Positions 41,430 through 55,200 of a stretch of 64,000 nt of DNA are shown here, one piece after another. Both the position numbers and the translations under genes were made by a program. The stretch spans positions 49,999,630-50,063,629 of the forward strand of contig NC_068989.1 in NCBI RefSeq assembly GCF_001194135.2. Reading direction: 5' to 3'. Within the stretch, counting starts at the first letter, position 1, and each line of letters opens with the position of its first letter. Source of the stretch: Octopus bimaculoides. Lineage: Eukaryota. Under the pieces are notes generated by a model, which saw only the letters and a program-made list of their open reading frames with translations, had not been told where the DNA came from and ran no database searches.

Positions 41430-41794
41430 CAAACTTATGAGAGCAAGTGTCTCCGATGTGTCGCATCTCCAATAGAGTGGATGAAAACATTGCCCATATC
41501 ACGAACAAATGGCTTAGACTTGCCCAAAACTACTATAAGTTGTGGCAACACGACCAGACAGTGAAAGTGCTACATTGGAAACTGTGCGAAAAGTAGGGAC
41601 TAGAGAGAGGCAAGACGTGGTATGAACACAAACCGCAAAGAGTAGCAGAGTCGGAGACCAGCAAAATCCTTTGGGATTTCCCAATCCAAGCAGATAAGGT
41701 GCTAGAGCATAACAGACCGGAGCTAGTGGTTCGTATACTATATAGTTGATGTTGCATGCCCCTTTGACCCACGAATAGTCAAGAAGGAAGACGA

Positions 41795-41835
<41 letters not shown>

Positions 41836-42140
41836 AAGATAGATAAAACCCTCTTAAGTACGATATAGCCCCGCTATGGAAAATGAAGAAGGTGAAGGTA
41901 GTGCCAATTATTGTTAGGTCCTTGGGAACAATATCAGAAGGTATCAAGAGGAATATAAAGGAAATTGGAATAGAGTGCCGAGTAGAACTGTTACAAAAGT
42001 TTTGCCTCTTTGGCACAGCCAGGATAACCAGGAAAGTATTAGATAGCTGAATAGAACGAATAGCTGCAGGTAGTAATCCCATTACGCATGCAAGGCTCTA
42101 GGAGCTCCAACAAAACCTGTAGTAAAGAGATAATAATTAT
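41430..42140 (+). mobile_element. 5'-truncated R4/Dong-like RLE retrotransposon (zinc finger plus PD-(D/E)xK endonuclease)
   Basis: QHDQTVKVLHWKLCEK..WYEHKP..LWDFPIQADK..HNRPE..DVACPFD..KEDEKID..VPIIV..LGT..LQK..FGTARITRKVL. Both junctions are (TAA)-like. Confidence 0.85.
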
Positions 42141-43709
42141 GGTTTCAGATCTTTGCACAAGGCTAGCAGTTTCGGGGAAACGGGCAAATCAGGAGCAGTG
42201 TTCGCGAATTTCGGGGAGCATGGAATATTTTGAAGGATGCAGTCTCCTAACAGGTAACAGCTACCTCTGGTGACTTATCCCATGTATCGATAATTCTGAA
42301 CGAGAAAAGAATGTTTCCGAAAGTCGTTGGTGCAGCGCTGTATTTTTGTTTTCGTAGACGTTGCAATATTTCGTATTTAATTGCTCATTACACATTATTT
42401 AATTGTATTAATTTTGATTTGTATTGTGTGTATTTGAATTGAAATTTGAATGTGAAAATAAAAAAGATAGTTGTAGTTAGAACATTTTGATCCTTACGAA
42501 TTAAAAAAGTCTCTGAATTCGTTAAAACGGTATGGTGATCATCGCTGGGATGATTACGTTGTGTGCCAATGCCTCATAAATTGAAGAACAAATTCTGTTT
42601 TCTTACTGACGAAAACTTTGAGCTTTTCATGTTTACAGCTAAATAATGCAGGGACAAACTGAATCGGGCTGTTTTATCTTTGGTTTTGGAAAGATTTCCA
42701 AGTAGAGAGTGCTGACAAATCACAACACTGAAACCGATGTATTTAAATTTAATTTACTCGCCTGAGACAGCTCCGAGTTAACACAACTACCTACACACTG
42801 TTAAGGTGACTGGAGTCTGAACCGTCGCATTGTCTGTGCCACAATCGATATTCAACATAGCCTGTATGTCTGACTTTACAGAACTGTTGTCTCAAAAATA
42901 TGTTTTTGTTTACCTTTCCGTTGTAGCGAGAAAGTTTCGTTGCTAGGGGATCAATTTTGTTTCGTTGTAAGGAATTCTATTATACAAAAACACTCTTTCA
43001 ACATTATTTGAATTGCAGAAATTTGGGCTGCTACTAGTTCAATTTTGTGTCGCTGTGACGAATTTCAGTCTATAATGAGATTCTTTATTATTTTAGTGTT
43101 ATATATTGCTGGGTGTTGAGCAAGTTCGATAGTCTAAAAAAATCTGTAATATCGGTATTCGTTATAACGGAAATTCATCTGCATATACATAGTCATAAGC
43201 GCATACATATATATATATTTATGCATATACATGAACACACACACGCACATACACACACACACACATGCAACACACACATACAGACACACAAATACAAATA
43301 TGCATATATATATACATATGTATATACGTATATATGCAGACACATATATATACATTCGTGCGCGCACACACGCACCCTTAAACATAACTATTCATTCGCA
43401 AGAACACAAACGCTTACACATATTTATATATACATAATATTTATTATATGCATAGACCAGCCCATCTAACAAACTATCCATCCATCCCTCTATCAATCTC
43501 TCTTTCTCTCTCTCTCTTTTTTCTTTGTCTCTTTCTTTCTCTCTCTCTCTCTTTCTTTCTCTCTCTCTCTTTCTTTCTTTCTCCCTCTCTTTCTCTCTCT
43601 CTTTCTCTTTCGTTCTATGCATCGATCTATAACTGTATATATACCAATATCTATATATATCTATATATGTATATCTATAACTATATATATATAACTATCT
43701 ATATATGTG

Positions 43710-43782
<73 letters not shown>

Positions 43783-43932
43783 GTAAACATTGCTTTTCTC
43801 ACTCTCACTCTGTATATGTATATAAATATTGCATNNNNNNNNNNNNNNNNNNNNNNNNNNNNNNNNNNNNNNNNNNNNNNNNNNNNNNNNNNNNNNNNNN
43901 NNNNNNNNNNNNNNNNNNNNNNNNNNNNNNNN

Positions 43933-43976
<44 letters not shown>

Positions 43977-44269
43977 GCATGCATGATATATATTTATCCC
44001 ACTAAAGTTGTTTTTATGTCAGATATATATCTTGAAAGATTTGTGTGTGAGACATGACAATTGTATTGAAAAAGAAAATAATGGAATATCTGATATGATT
44101 AATGGATACATATTGACATTTTAGTACTTGGACATTAAGAAGCTGATAGTACAATGTACGCTGGGGATTGAATTTACACAGATATACATGTACATATCTA
44201 TAATGGCTATATCTATGGTATATGCATAAGTATGATATATATGTGTGTGCGTGTATACACACACACTCA

Positions 44270-44316
<47 letters not shown>

Positions 44317-44349
44317 CATATATGAATATATTTGTGTATGTATACATAC

Positions 44350-44395
<46 letters not shown>

Positions 44396-45688
44396 CTTGC
44401 AGGGAGATTTTGATATTTTCTTTGCATAGGATATTGTAAAATATCGAAGTCCATTCTCAATATATCACGTATGTCGATTACCTATGAACCACTGTACACT
44501 CTTAGCGATGATTTAAATATCCTACTAAGATGAATTAAAATTCTATTGCCTCCTCCCTAATGCGTTTTACAACTATATACGAACATATGATGTGTATGTA
44601 TCAATATATGTATGTACCTATGTGCATCTGTGTTTGTGTGTGTATAAGCAAGTGTATCATATTTTAGCTGTCTCCAAGTAATATTTTAGCTGTCTCCAAG
44701 TAATATTTTACGTAGACACACCTAATACAGTATTTACGTGGACGTACATATATGTATATATTTTCTTCCGAATTTGTGTAAATTTGTGTAGAATAAGGTA
44801 TCAGTTGAATAAAGTTACATTGTCTGGTTTTCACGTTTTTTATTACAGCATTTAAATTTGTTTTACAATGTTAAAGTGTGTTAAACATTAAAAAAATATT
44901 TAGTAATGTTTATAAAATTCAATTAGCGCCTTCATACGTTCGTAGTAATCCTTGGGTTTCAGAATGTATTACTGACAGTTGAGTTGAGTTCTTAGCAACT
45001 GTAGTGAGACTACTGACTTTTTCCTTTTTATACCTTTTAGAAGGCTCCGACAAGCGAAATATATCGAATACGGTTTTGACCAATCAGCATGAAGCTTACA
45101 CGTCGAGGGTACTGATATTACTTGCATAGATCCCGCCTTTATTTTAACCTATTAACTTGGGTTTTAATTTAATGGTTTTTATGAGTGAGCGAACTTAGTT
45201 GGCTTCGATCGTTTTTATTTCAATCGAAGGGAGTCTTATGCAATTTGTTTATATTCATATGTTAAAGATATTTTTAATCCACATCATTAACCGGTTGTTA
45301 TATAACTGTTCTTATTTCCGTTCAGAACAGGCTTGAACATTTTAATGAAACGCTTTTCTTTTATCTTTTTCCGACCTCACTTGTGTCATGTAGTTTGCGG
45401 AAAGGAAAAATTTAAAATATTTTCTGAACACATGTTTGTATATGTTCACTGAATGGAATTTGGCGAACATTAGTGTTCCGGATTTGTTGTCTGCGGACTT
45501 GGAAGCGTTCAGCACTTTTCGGACGATTACGGTCCCTGTTAGCGTATACGTTTTTATTCAAATGCGTTAACTACAGCATTTGAGCGGTTTAGCTCTTATT
45601 TCTAGCAATGTAGTGACATTTTTCATTCTCCTTCTGGTAAAATATTGCAAACTGCTGTCCATATTAATTATGTATAATAATAATAATG

Positions 45689-45750
<62 letters not shown>

Positions 45751-46025
45751 CCTTGGATGGAATTTATAAAACATTTAATGCATCGCTACGTGCGTCTCCA
45801 TAAATCACATCGCGTAGCGATGCAGTAATATTTATAAATTCCATTCAAGAATTATTGTTATTATTATATTTATCCTACATTATATTGGTACAGCTTGATG
45901 CAACCTCAAAAAGAAAAAAAAAATAAATGTTTCACTCGTCAGCATCGTTAGACTGTGGTCGGCATAATGTAATAGGAGTTTTATTTGTATATTCAAAACT
46001 TTTCCCGTAAAAAATTTAAAAGATA

Positions 46026-46061
<36 letters not shown>

Positions 46062-47700
46062 CGTATGTACGTATGTATGTATGTATATATGCATGTATTA
46101 CTGCATATTTTCCGCGCCTTCGGTCTAGTAAGAAGACACGTATTTTAGTTTCTCCCCGTATCTCATCCTCTGCACTAAGGTAACCTTCTTGGAGTAGTGA
46201 TTGATTTGGGATCCGCTATTAGTATTACGCTAGGTTGCTATCATAATTAGCAGCAGTAGTGCATGCGAGTGAAAACAAATATTCCCCACAGGATCAAAGA
46301 GTTCACCCAGCCTGTCGATTGAACAGTTCTGCCATCTTATTAATATGCACACGGCATGATGCATCATTACTCAGATGAATTCACAGGTCACGCACCGACT
46401 GTGACTCCGGGTTAGCAACGCACACTGGACCTGTCTATTCAGATAGCGATCTGTTTGTTGGCCAACATCGGAGCGTTTCAAAATTCCATAAATAAGCCCC
46501 CACTTTTAAAAATTCTGCTCAGTTGTAAACTGCATCCAGATGTATCTGCAGTTTTGAGGAGATATTGTTAGGAAGCGTGCCTTCTTGTAAATTTCTTGCG
46601 CTGTTATTTTAAGGAAAAACTAAGAATAACACCTGAATGTTTGCTGATGCTGGTCTCTCTAATGAATACATACATGCATACCTACCTACCTACCTACCTA
46701 CCTACCTACCTACCTATACACATATATATATGTATGTATGTTTGTATGTACATATCTATCAGCTATTATTTTATATACAACCATACTCCAAATAGAAGCA
46801 TATGATACACACGTCAAGAAGAATTTTCATTCAGCGTACCATCCTGTCTTCCAAATGTCGATGCAAATAAATAAATTAATTGAAAGATGTTTAAGCACAC
46901 ATACATATTTTATGTACAAGCATAGAAAAAAGAAAAAAACTCTGCGCATATGAGATTAAATTCTTTAATAGTACAAAATATAATAGTGCATATTTAATGG
47001 AATTATATGGAACATAAAATACATATTTGGAAAAATTTTGAATTTAAATCATTATTGAATTATGGTTTCTATTTACTATATGAACTTTCGAGCATATTTT
47101 CCAAATGATTTAATGCACTAACGCCTGCGCATTTGCAAAAACAGATATGTACAAGCAACATTCACAGACGTATAAAACTATTGCGTATGACAGGTCTGTT
47201 TATAATATAAAGGAAACTGACAACCATAACAAAACTGTGGCTCGCATGGCTTTCTGAAGGACATGCCAACTAGAAATTACCTTTAAACTTTTTAATTGTC
47301 CCTTTGGCCTGATAAGGAACCATGTCTCATGTGGCCAGTTTCTCCTAAAATGTTGTTCACGCTTGTTTGTTCAGACAAAATATTTACTTAATTCAACTAT
47401 GGATGGTGGCCGCACTGTCTTTGGTTTCGATAAAAGCAATAGTAATTATATAACCTATATTCCTCGACTAAATTTGACCGTTCCTATTTGTTTGCTATAA
47501 CGATCCAATCTCATTTCCTTAACGTTAATCTTTATTTATCGGAATTTTATTCCTAAATAACGAAACATTCTTTTTATTTTACTGCTAAGCTTTTTCTCAA
47601 TGCTCATTATTTAACACTTTCATACTTTTTCATCATTATAAGTAAGCTTCAATTTCTTTTCTGTTATACGTATATATACAGGCATGAATGCATACATATA

Positions 47701-48120
47701 TATAACCAGCGGAAGATCAGTGTAAAAGAGAATACCTATCCTAAACTATTGAGAAATCTGAAGCTACTCTATCCAGATTACAAGTTCAGGTTTATACCTG
47801 TAATTATTGTGGTACTGGGATATGTAACACAATGTCTAAATACCAACCTTGAGAAATTAGGCTTCTCAAAACCAAAACGGAGAAAGCTGATTCGAAGACT
47901 ACTGATCCAAGCCGTCACTGGAACTGTAAAAATCTGTAAAGCTTTCAGAAGTTTATCAGTGTATATGAGCATGTCTAGATGTGCAAGTATATGCATGGGA
48001 AAGCATACACAAAACACATACAAATCTGCACGTATACATTGATGTTGAAATTCCATTGAAGGAGCCTTGGATCTAGGTTAGAAATCTTGAAATAAAACTG
48101 TATAATGACATACATACAAA
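47701..48120 (+). mobile_element. 5'-truncated RLE non-LTR retrotransposon, (CATA)n-tailed family
   Basis: KENTYPKLLRNLKLLYPDYKFRFIPVII..GYV..NLEKLGF..GTVKICK; the 3' UTR ends ataatgacatacatac. Confidence 0.8.
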
Positions 48121-49271
48121 CATTTACCGAGTGGTTATATATTACCGCACCTGTATATGAGTCCCATGTTTAAACCTCCTGCTAAACTTTCGTTGAATAT
48201 TATACAAACGGTTTATAATCGTATTACTACAGAGTATAGGGACTGTACTGTGTTTTAACTATACATATCAGATGAATCTGATTGCACGAGTGTTGATCAG
48301 ACATGACATTTATTTAATTCAACCATGGATGGTGGCCGCATTGTATTCTAGTTAAGATGTTTCGGAGCGTAATTGTGTATGATGCCCGAGTAATACAGTA
48401 AGCAATTTTCTCTGTGCTTTATCCGTTGCTTTAAGTCACCTACCTGTCTTAAGCTAGGCGGACAGTGAACTTTATCCATCAGCGGATTAATACCTGCTAG
48501 ACATTTCGCTCCATTAGATGTACTCGGTTGTAAGTTTTCGTGTCATGTCTTCAGCTTTACGCGAACTTCCAAACTTCCTACTGCCTGGAAAAAATATATC
48601 CATTACAGATTTAAGTTCCATAATTGCATGCTCGACCTGGAACTGTCAATAGGAAACGAACAGTGTACCCTTCAGAAAATTCATTTAACGCTAACCACTC
48701 GGTCATATGTACTAGAAAGAACGGATGTGTATAATAAAATTTTAAAAGAAAGAAGTGAAGTAATTTGTGTTGTTTTTCTGTAAATAGAAATTGCGTTCAA
48801 TTATATAAGCCTTTCTTTACTACTTGTCATCTATTGGGAATAGGAAACAGATGGTGTGACAAATTTATCTGCAGCATATTGAAGTGCTATCGCGGAACAG
48901 ATTTATCTTATATGCTTAACGCCTTGGAACAGAAATTAAGACCTGGTCCTTATGAGTCTCTCGTGAATTTTATAGACATTATTTCAAATATTATCCTCCG
49001 AGACAATGGTGAAGTGATGATTTATTGCATAAATTGTTAAAGCAATTGTATCCCAAGGAGCAAATCGCCGGACGTTATGAGCCCCTTCTGACTTGTTGTG
49101 GATACATTCATCACGAACAAAACAAGCATTTACGTATACACATAGACAAGCACACTAATTCATAAACATACACACGCACACGGGCGCGCGCACACACACA
49201 CAGACTCACACATCCACATGTATGCATCTTTATATGTATCCATATAAAGATGGATGTATATACACACATAA

Positions 49272-49306
<35 letters not shown>

Positions 49307-49380
49307 CACACGTTTGAATCTCGATATAAATAATTCTAAATTCAGGCGTGCAAATATGAAAATGAATGTCAGTTGCTATT

Positions 49381-49585
49381 TATGGCGGCGAGTTGGAGGA
49401 AACGGTTCAAACGTTTAGTAACATTTCGTTCGCCTTTAGGTTCTGGGCTCAAAGCCCGTCGAGGTCGACTTTGCATTTTATCTTTTTTGAGTATATAAAA
49501 TATGTGCCAGTTGAGCACTGGGGTCGATGTAAACAATTTATGCTCTCCACCAAAATTGTTTGTCTTGCACCAAAATTTGAAATAA
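49381..49585 (+). mobile_element. SINE family B
   Basis: ggcggcgagttgg head, gaggtcgactttgc, gagcactggggtcgatgtaa and ccaaaatttgaaa end. Confidence 0.75.
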
Positions 49586-49586
49586 A

Positions 49587-49641
<55 letters not shown>

Positions 49642-49847
49642 ATTGTGTGTTTGCAGGTGTGTGTACTACGAACATATGTATTTATACATACTATGAATGT
49701 GTGCATGCTTATATGGCTTCCTTTGTATTAAACATATTCTTCCGACCGCCATATTGATAGATCCAAGTACAAACGCACTTATACACAGGCAAATCATATA
49801 GTCATATACATATTTTGCACCTTTACACGCACGCGCGCACACACACA

Positions 49848-49901
<54 letters not shown>

Positions 49902-51399
49902 NNNNNNNNNNNNNNNNNNNNNNNNNNNNNNNNNNNNNNNNNNNNNNNNNNNNNNNNNNNNNNNNNNNNNNNNNNNNNNNNNNNNNNNNNNNNNNNNNNN
50001 NNNNNNNNNNNNNNNNNNNNNNNNNNNNNNNNNNNNNNNNNNNNNNNNNNNNNNNNNNNNNNNNNNNNNNNNNNNNNNNNNNNNNNNNNNNNNNNNNNNN
50101 NNNNNNNNNNNNNNNNNNNNNNNNNNNNNNNNNNNNNNNNNNNNNNNNNNNNNNNNNNNNNNNNNNNNNNNNNNNNNNNNNNNNNNNNNNNNNNNNNNNN
50201 NNNNNNNNNNNNNNNNNNNNNNNNNNNNNNNNNNNNNNNNNNNNNNNNNNNNNNNNNNNNNNNNNNNNNNNNNNNNNNNNNNNNNNNNNNNNNNNNNNNN
50301 NNNNNNNNNNNNNNNNNNNNNNNNNNNNNNNNNNNNNNNNNNNNNNNNNNNNNNNNNNNNNNNNNNNNNNNNNNNNNNNNNNNNNNNNNNNNNNNNNNNN
50401 NNNNNNNACTGTATGGTCAAAGACTCCTCTGTGGAAAAGAGATTTCATGCTGTACACTCTGATGAATTGATCGGCGTCTGAGGAGCACCAATACGCACGA
50501 AGATCAATATATCTGCGATCGATTAAACAATGTCCCATTGTCCAGCGCTGCCGACAGTATAAAGAACTAATTTAATCAACGATTTCTTCAATAGAACCAT
50601 TCCTTCTTTTAAATTGAAGCCATTATTCATGAGAAGTCGCCGTTTTTCTCCTTTACTGGAATTAGCACTTGTTAACAATATATCTAACAAGTCTACTACC
50701 TAGTAATTCTCCAGCCATGTTGGTAAATAGCCAGATAGGCAGATAGCCAAATAACCAGTTAACTAAACTTTTTGATAATGATATAATGTGCCCTTTAACT
50801 AGTTAGCCAGTTAGTATATTAATGTTTGATTATCGAAATGTACATATTTTAAAGTGTAATATAGTTTCGTTTGTATGTCTAGACAAATAGCAGCTGGCCA
50901 TCTTTATAGTTTTGGCGAGCATATAACTATCCTCAGCTCTGTACCGATGGGTATAGATGTGTGAGACGATGCTTTGGTAATAATAAGCTCGAATAGCAGT
51001 AGAAGCAATGGTAAAAAAGCGGCAGGAGGAGGAGGAGGAGGAGAAGGAACAGAAATAATAACTAGAATAACAAGACAGTAACAGTTATATACATAAATTT
51101 AATAATGCTATTTCCACATGAAATAAAAGAAAAAATAAGTGAAAAAAACTGATGAGATGGAAAGAGAAAATAATAAACTTGTTGATAGCATTGATAGCGG
51201 GAAGAATGGCATCATGATCATGATCATCGTCATCATCGTCATCATCATCATCTTATTTTCTGTCTTCCGAATCATCATTCTCCTCCTCTTTCTCCTTCTC
51301 CCCTTCTCCCCTTCTCCCCTTCTCTATTACTAAAATTACTCTAACTATCACCACCACTACTCCCTCCTCTTGTTCTTCCCTTTCTGCCACCTGTTTCTC

Positions 51400-51416
51400 A
51401 TCGTGGTCCTCCTCCC

Positions 51417-51460
<44 letters not shown>

Positions 51461-52557
51461 TTCTTCTTCTTCTTCTTCTTCTTCTTCTTCTTCTTCTTCT
51501 TCTTCTTCTTCTTCTTCTTCTTCTTCTTCTTCTCCTCCTCCTCCTTCTTCTTCTTCTTCTTCTTCTTCTACTTCCTCTTCTCCTCCTCCTTCTTCTTCTT
51601 CTTCTTCTTCGTCTNNNNNNNNNNNNNNNNNNNNNNNNNNNNNNNNNNNNNNNNNNNNNNNNNNNNNNNNNNNNNNNNNNNNNNNNNNNNNNNNNNNNNN
51701 NNNNNNNNNNNNNNNNNNNNNNNNNNNNNNNNNNNNNNNNNNNNNNNNNNNNNNNNNNNNNNNNNNNNNNNNNNNNNNNNNNNNNNNNNNNNNNNNNNNN
51801 NNNNNNNNNNNNNNNNNNNNNNNNNNNNNNNNNNNNNNNNNNNNNNNNNNNNNNNNNNNNNNNNNNNNNNNNNNNNNNNNNNNNNNNNNNNNNNNNNNNN
51901 NNNNNNNNNNNNNNNNNNNNNNNNNNNNNNNNNNNNNNNNNNNNNNNNNNNNNNNNNNNNNNNNNNNNNNNNNNNNNNNNNNNNNNNNNNNNNNNNNNNN
52001 NNNNNNNNNNNNNNNNNNNNNNNNNNNNNNNNNNNNNNNNNNNNNNNNNNNNNNNNNNNNNNNNNNNNNNNNNNNNNNNNNNNNNNNNNNNNNNNNNNNN
52101 NNNNNNNNNNNNNNNNNNNNNNNNNNNNNNNNNNNNNNNNNNNNNNNNNNNNNNNNNNNNNNNNNNNNNNNNNNNNNNNNNNNNNNNNNNNNNNNNNNNN
52201 NNNNNNNNNNNNNNNNNNNNNNNNNNNNNNNNNNNNNNNNNNNNNNNNNNNNNNNNNNNNNNNNNNNNNNNNNNNNNNNNNNNNNNNNNNNNNNNNNNNN
52301 NCCTCCTCCTCCGCTCCTCCTCCGCTCCTCCTCCGCTCCGCCTCCCCTCCTCCTCTAGAGTGTGATGAGAGAGCTTTGGCTGCTATTTCTAGGAGGTCGT
52401 GTGGCCACATTTAAGCTTACAAATTGGTTTGATGGCATCGTTTACTTCATCATCACCCTCAAGTCATTATCAATATAGTCATCCTTATTCGGGTTTTCCC
52501 TCTACCTTTCCCTCTATTTCATCCTTATCATCAATGTCGTTGCCGTATCATCATCAC

Positions 52558-52603
<46 letters not shown>

Positions 52604-52915
52604 TTCATCATCATCATCATCCTCATTGTCATCATCATCTTCATCATCATCATCGATGTCGTCATCATTGCAATCGACGTCGACGTCATCCTCATCTGTA
52701 GCATCATCGTCAGAGTAATTACCACCACTAACCACAATTCTTATTCATCATCATCATCATGATAACCATCGTCTTCACCATGAAGGACACTGTCAGCGGG
52801 GTCGTCCTCCTCTTCATCCTCCTCCTCCACTTCATCCTCCACCTCCACTTCATCCTCCTCCTCCACTTCATCCTCCTCCTCCACTTCATCCTCCTCCTCC
52901 ACTTCATCCTCCTCN
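51400..52915. repeat. Trinucleotide SSR complex (CTT)n, (CCT)n, (CAT)n and an 18-bp unit cacttcatcctcctcctc
   Basis: Directly visible; source of the poly-L, poly-H, poly-D and poly-M ORFs. Confidence 0.9.
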
Positions 52916-53530
52916 NNNNNNNNNNNNNNNNNNNNNNNNNNNNNNNNNNNNNNNNNNNNNNNNNNNNNNNNNNNNNNNNNNNNNNNNNNNNNNNNNNNNN
53001 NNNNNNNNNNNNNNNNNNNNNNNNNNNNNNNNNNNNNNNNNNNNNNNNNNNNNNNNNNNNNNNNNNNNNNNNNNNNNNNNNNNNNNNNNNNNNNNNNNNN
53101 NNNNNNNNNNNNNNNNNNNNNNNNNNNNNNNNNNACTATCATGATTATCGACAGCAGCATCACTGCCACGTCAATTTCCAACAGCACAACAAAAGTTGGC
53201 CGAGTATTGATCAAGTTCCTATTAAGGTAGCGGATAAAAAGCAAAATAACCTTTCCTCTAGATGTGAAGTTAGTACAGACAGAATGGTATTGTGCACTAA
53301 ACGCCACACTGTTGCTGCTGCTGCTGCTGTCGTTGCTGCTGTTACTGCTGCTGCTGATTGTGTAACGGCTTTAAGAGAATTATAGAACTATTTACTACTG
53401 CAACCCTCAACATCTAAACAAGGAAGAAAAGAAAATTACTGTTACTATACATACATGCATGCATGCATACATACATATATACATACATACGTACATACAT
53501 ACATACATATGTACATACATATGCACACTT

Positions 53531-53579
<49 letters not shown>

Positions 53580-53625
53580 CGTATGTTTGTATGTATATGT
53601 ATGCATATATGTATGTATATATATA

Positions 53626-53730
53626 TATGTGCCATTATTCAGTTTATTTCAAGATTTATTGCCAAGAGAGAAAAGGCCGGTTTCTAACCTAGTTCCTTCA
53701 TTGGAATTTCAACATCAACAACAGGGTAAA
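53626..53730 (-). mobile_element. 3' UTR-only copy of the (CATA)n-tailed RLE family
   Basis: cattattcagtttatttcaagattt...ttctaacctag...ggaatttcaacatcaaca matches the copies at 36318-36415 and 54121-54205. Confidence 0.8.
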
Positions 53731-53758
53731 TTGTATGTATGTATGCATTATGTGTGAA

Positions 53759-54066
53759 GGCGCATGACTCAGTGGTTAGAGCGTCGAGCTTACGATCGCG
53801 AGGTTGTGAGTTCGAATCCCGGACCGGGCTGCGTGTTGTGTTCTTGAGCAAGACACTTTATTTCACGTTGCTCCAGTTCACTCAGCTGTAGAAATGAGTT
53901 GCGACGTCACTGGTGCCAAGCTGTATCGGCTTTTGGCTTTCCTTTGGATAACACTGGTGGCGTGGCGTGGAGAGGGGAGGCTGGTATGCATGGGCGACTG
54001 CTGGTCTTCCATTAACAACCTTGCCCAGACTTGTGCCATGGACTTGTGCCATGGACTTGTGCCATG
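53759..54066 (+). mobile_element. tRNA-derived SINE family C, good copy
   Basis: A box tgactcagtgg and B box gagttcgaatccc, central gtgttcttgagcaagacactttatttcac, internal 13-bp unit x3 (gacttgtgccatg). Confidence 0.85.
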
Positions 54067-54099
54067 ACCGAAGTGGGTGGGGGGGGGTCTCAGCTAATG

Positions 54100-54930
54100 T
54101 ATGTATGTATGTATGTATGTAATTATTCAGTTTTATTTCAAGATTTCTTGTCAATAGAGAAAAAATAGATTCGAAGCTCCTTCATTTGAATTACAACATC
54201 AACAAAGTATTTATGCATGTCTGTGCAATATTTGGAGTCAGAACATGTGCAGATTTGTATGTTTTGCTTCATGTATGCATTGTCATATATATAGTTTCAT
54301 ATCTAGTCAAGCGTATATACACTTAAATGCTAAACTTCTGGAAAGTTTTATAAATCTGACAATCTCATTGATAGTTTGAATCTGTAATCTATTTTAATAT
54401 TTTTCTTCTGGTTTTAAGAAGCCTAATTTCTCAGGATTGGTTGTTCATCAGTTTGTTACATATACTCGTACACACAAAATTATAGGTATAAGCCTGTACT
54501 TATAATCCGAGTAAGGCAGTCGTAAATTTCTCAGTAGTGCAGTGTACGTGTTTTATTTTTCACTGCTCTTTAGCTTTATGTTGACAACCACCGGGCAACT
54601 GATTTCCAATACTGTATACAGTTTCTTTCCTCAGCTCAAATCACTGTGTCTAATCTATTATGTTTACATTTTATGCGGTTTTTCACTGCGACATTCCACC
54701 AGTACTCTTTCATATTATGAGTAGTTATGGCCCCTCCAATACCGTGAGTTCTTATCTCTTTGGCATCAGTATTTGCTTTCCAACAGATATCATTATACAG
54801 TGTCTTGGTTACAACATCATGTCTCATCGGTAGAAAATAACGCGATGATATTTTTGGACAACTGCTTACGATGTGGGCAATATTATCGTTTTTAACTTCA
54901 CAAAATCTGCATTGGTTATCACATTGGTAG
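54100..54930 (-). mobile_element. Longest copy of the (CATA)n-tailed RLE family: CCHC finger plus RLE domain
   Basis: CRFCEVKNDNIAHIVSSC (CX2CX8HX4C), MRHDVV, EYWWNV..KHNRLD, NTY..LLRNL, then the shared 3' UTR abutting (TATG)n. Confidence 0.85.
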
Positions 54931-54959
54931 GGCTGTAAATCCTTTTGGCTGTAAATCCT

Positions 54960-55200
54960 TCTTTAGTTTGGGATGTCTGAATTCGTGATGTTGAGTTGTA
55001 GGGCACGTTCAAAGCCTATATCAATTAGTGTTGGTGGGTAGTTCCTGGTAATGAGTGTATCCTTTAGTTCATATAGTTGTGTGTCCCTGGTGCTTGTATT
55101 AGAAACTATAAGCACAAATCCTTTTTGCTAGGTTGAAAACTATGGAAATATTTTAAGAAAGCATTCCATTTAATGTTTCTACAATTTAGTCTTTTTACAT
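54960..55200 (-). mobile_element. Penelope-like RT thumb fragment
   Basis: NLAKRIC...RDTQLYELKDTLITRNYPPTLIDIGFERAL is typical of the PLE thumb (R..L..R.YP...I). Confidence 0.65.

Noticed and set aside
51370-53385. Poly-Leu, poly-His, poly-Asp, poly-Met and EEDEV ORFs
   Set aside because: Trinucleotide SSRs open in several frames and on both strands.
53759-53830. tRNA genes here and at 10157, 19904, 24818, 36845 and 60621
   Set aside because: Only A/B boxes are retained, acceptor stems are imperfect, and they continue into repeat bodies: SINE-type heads.
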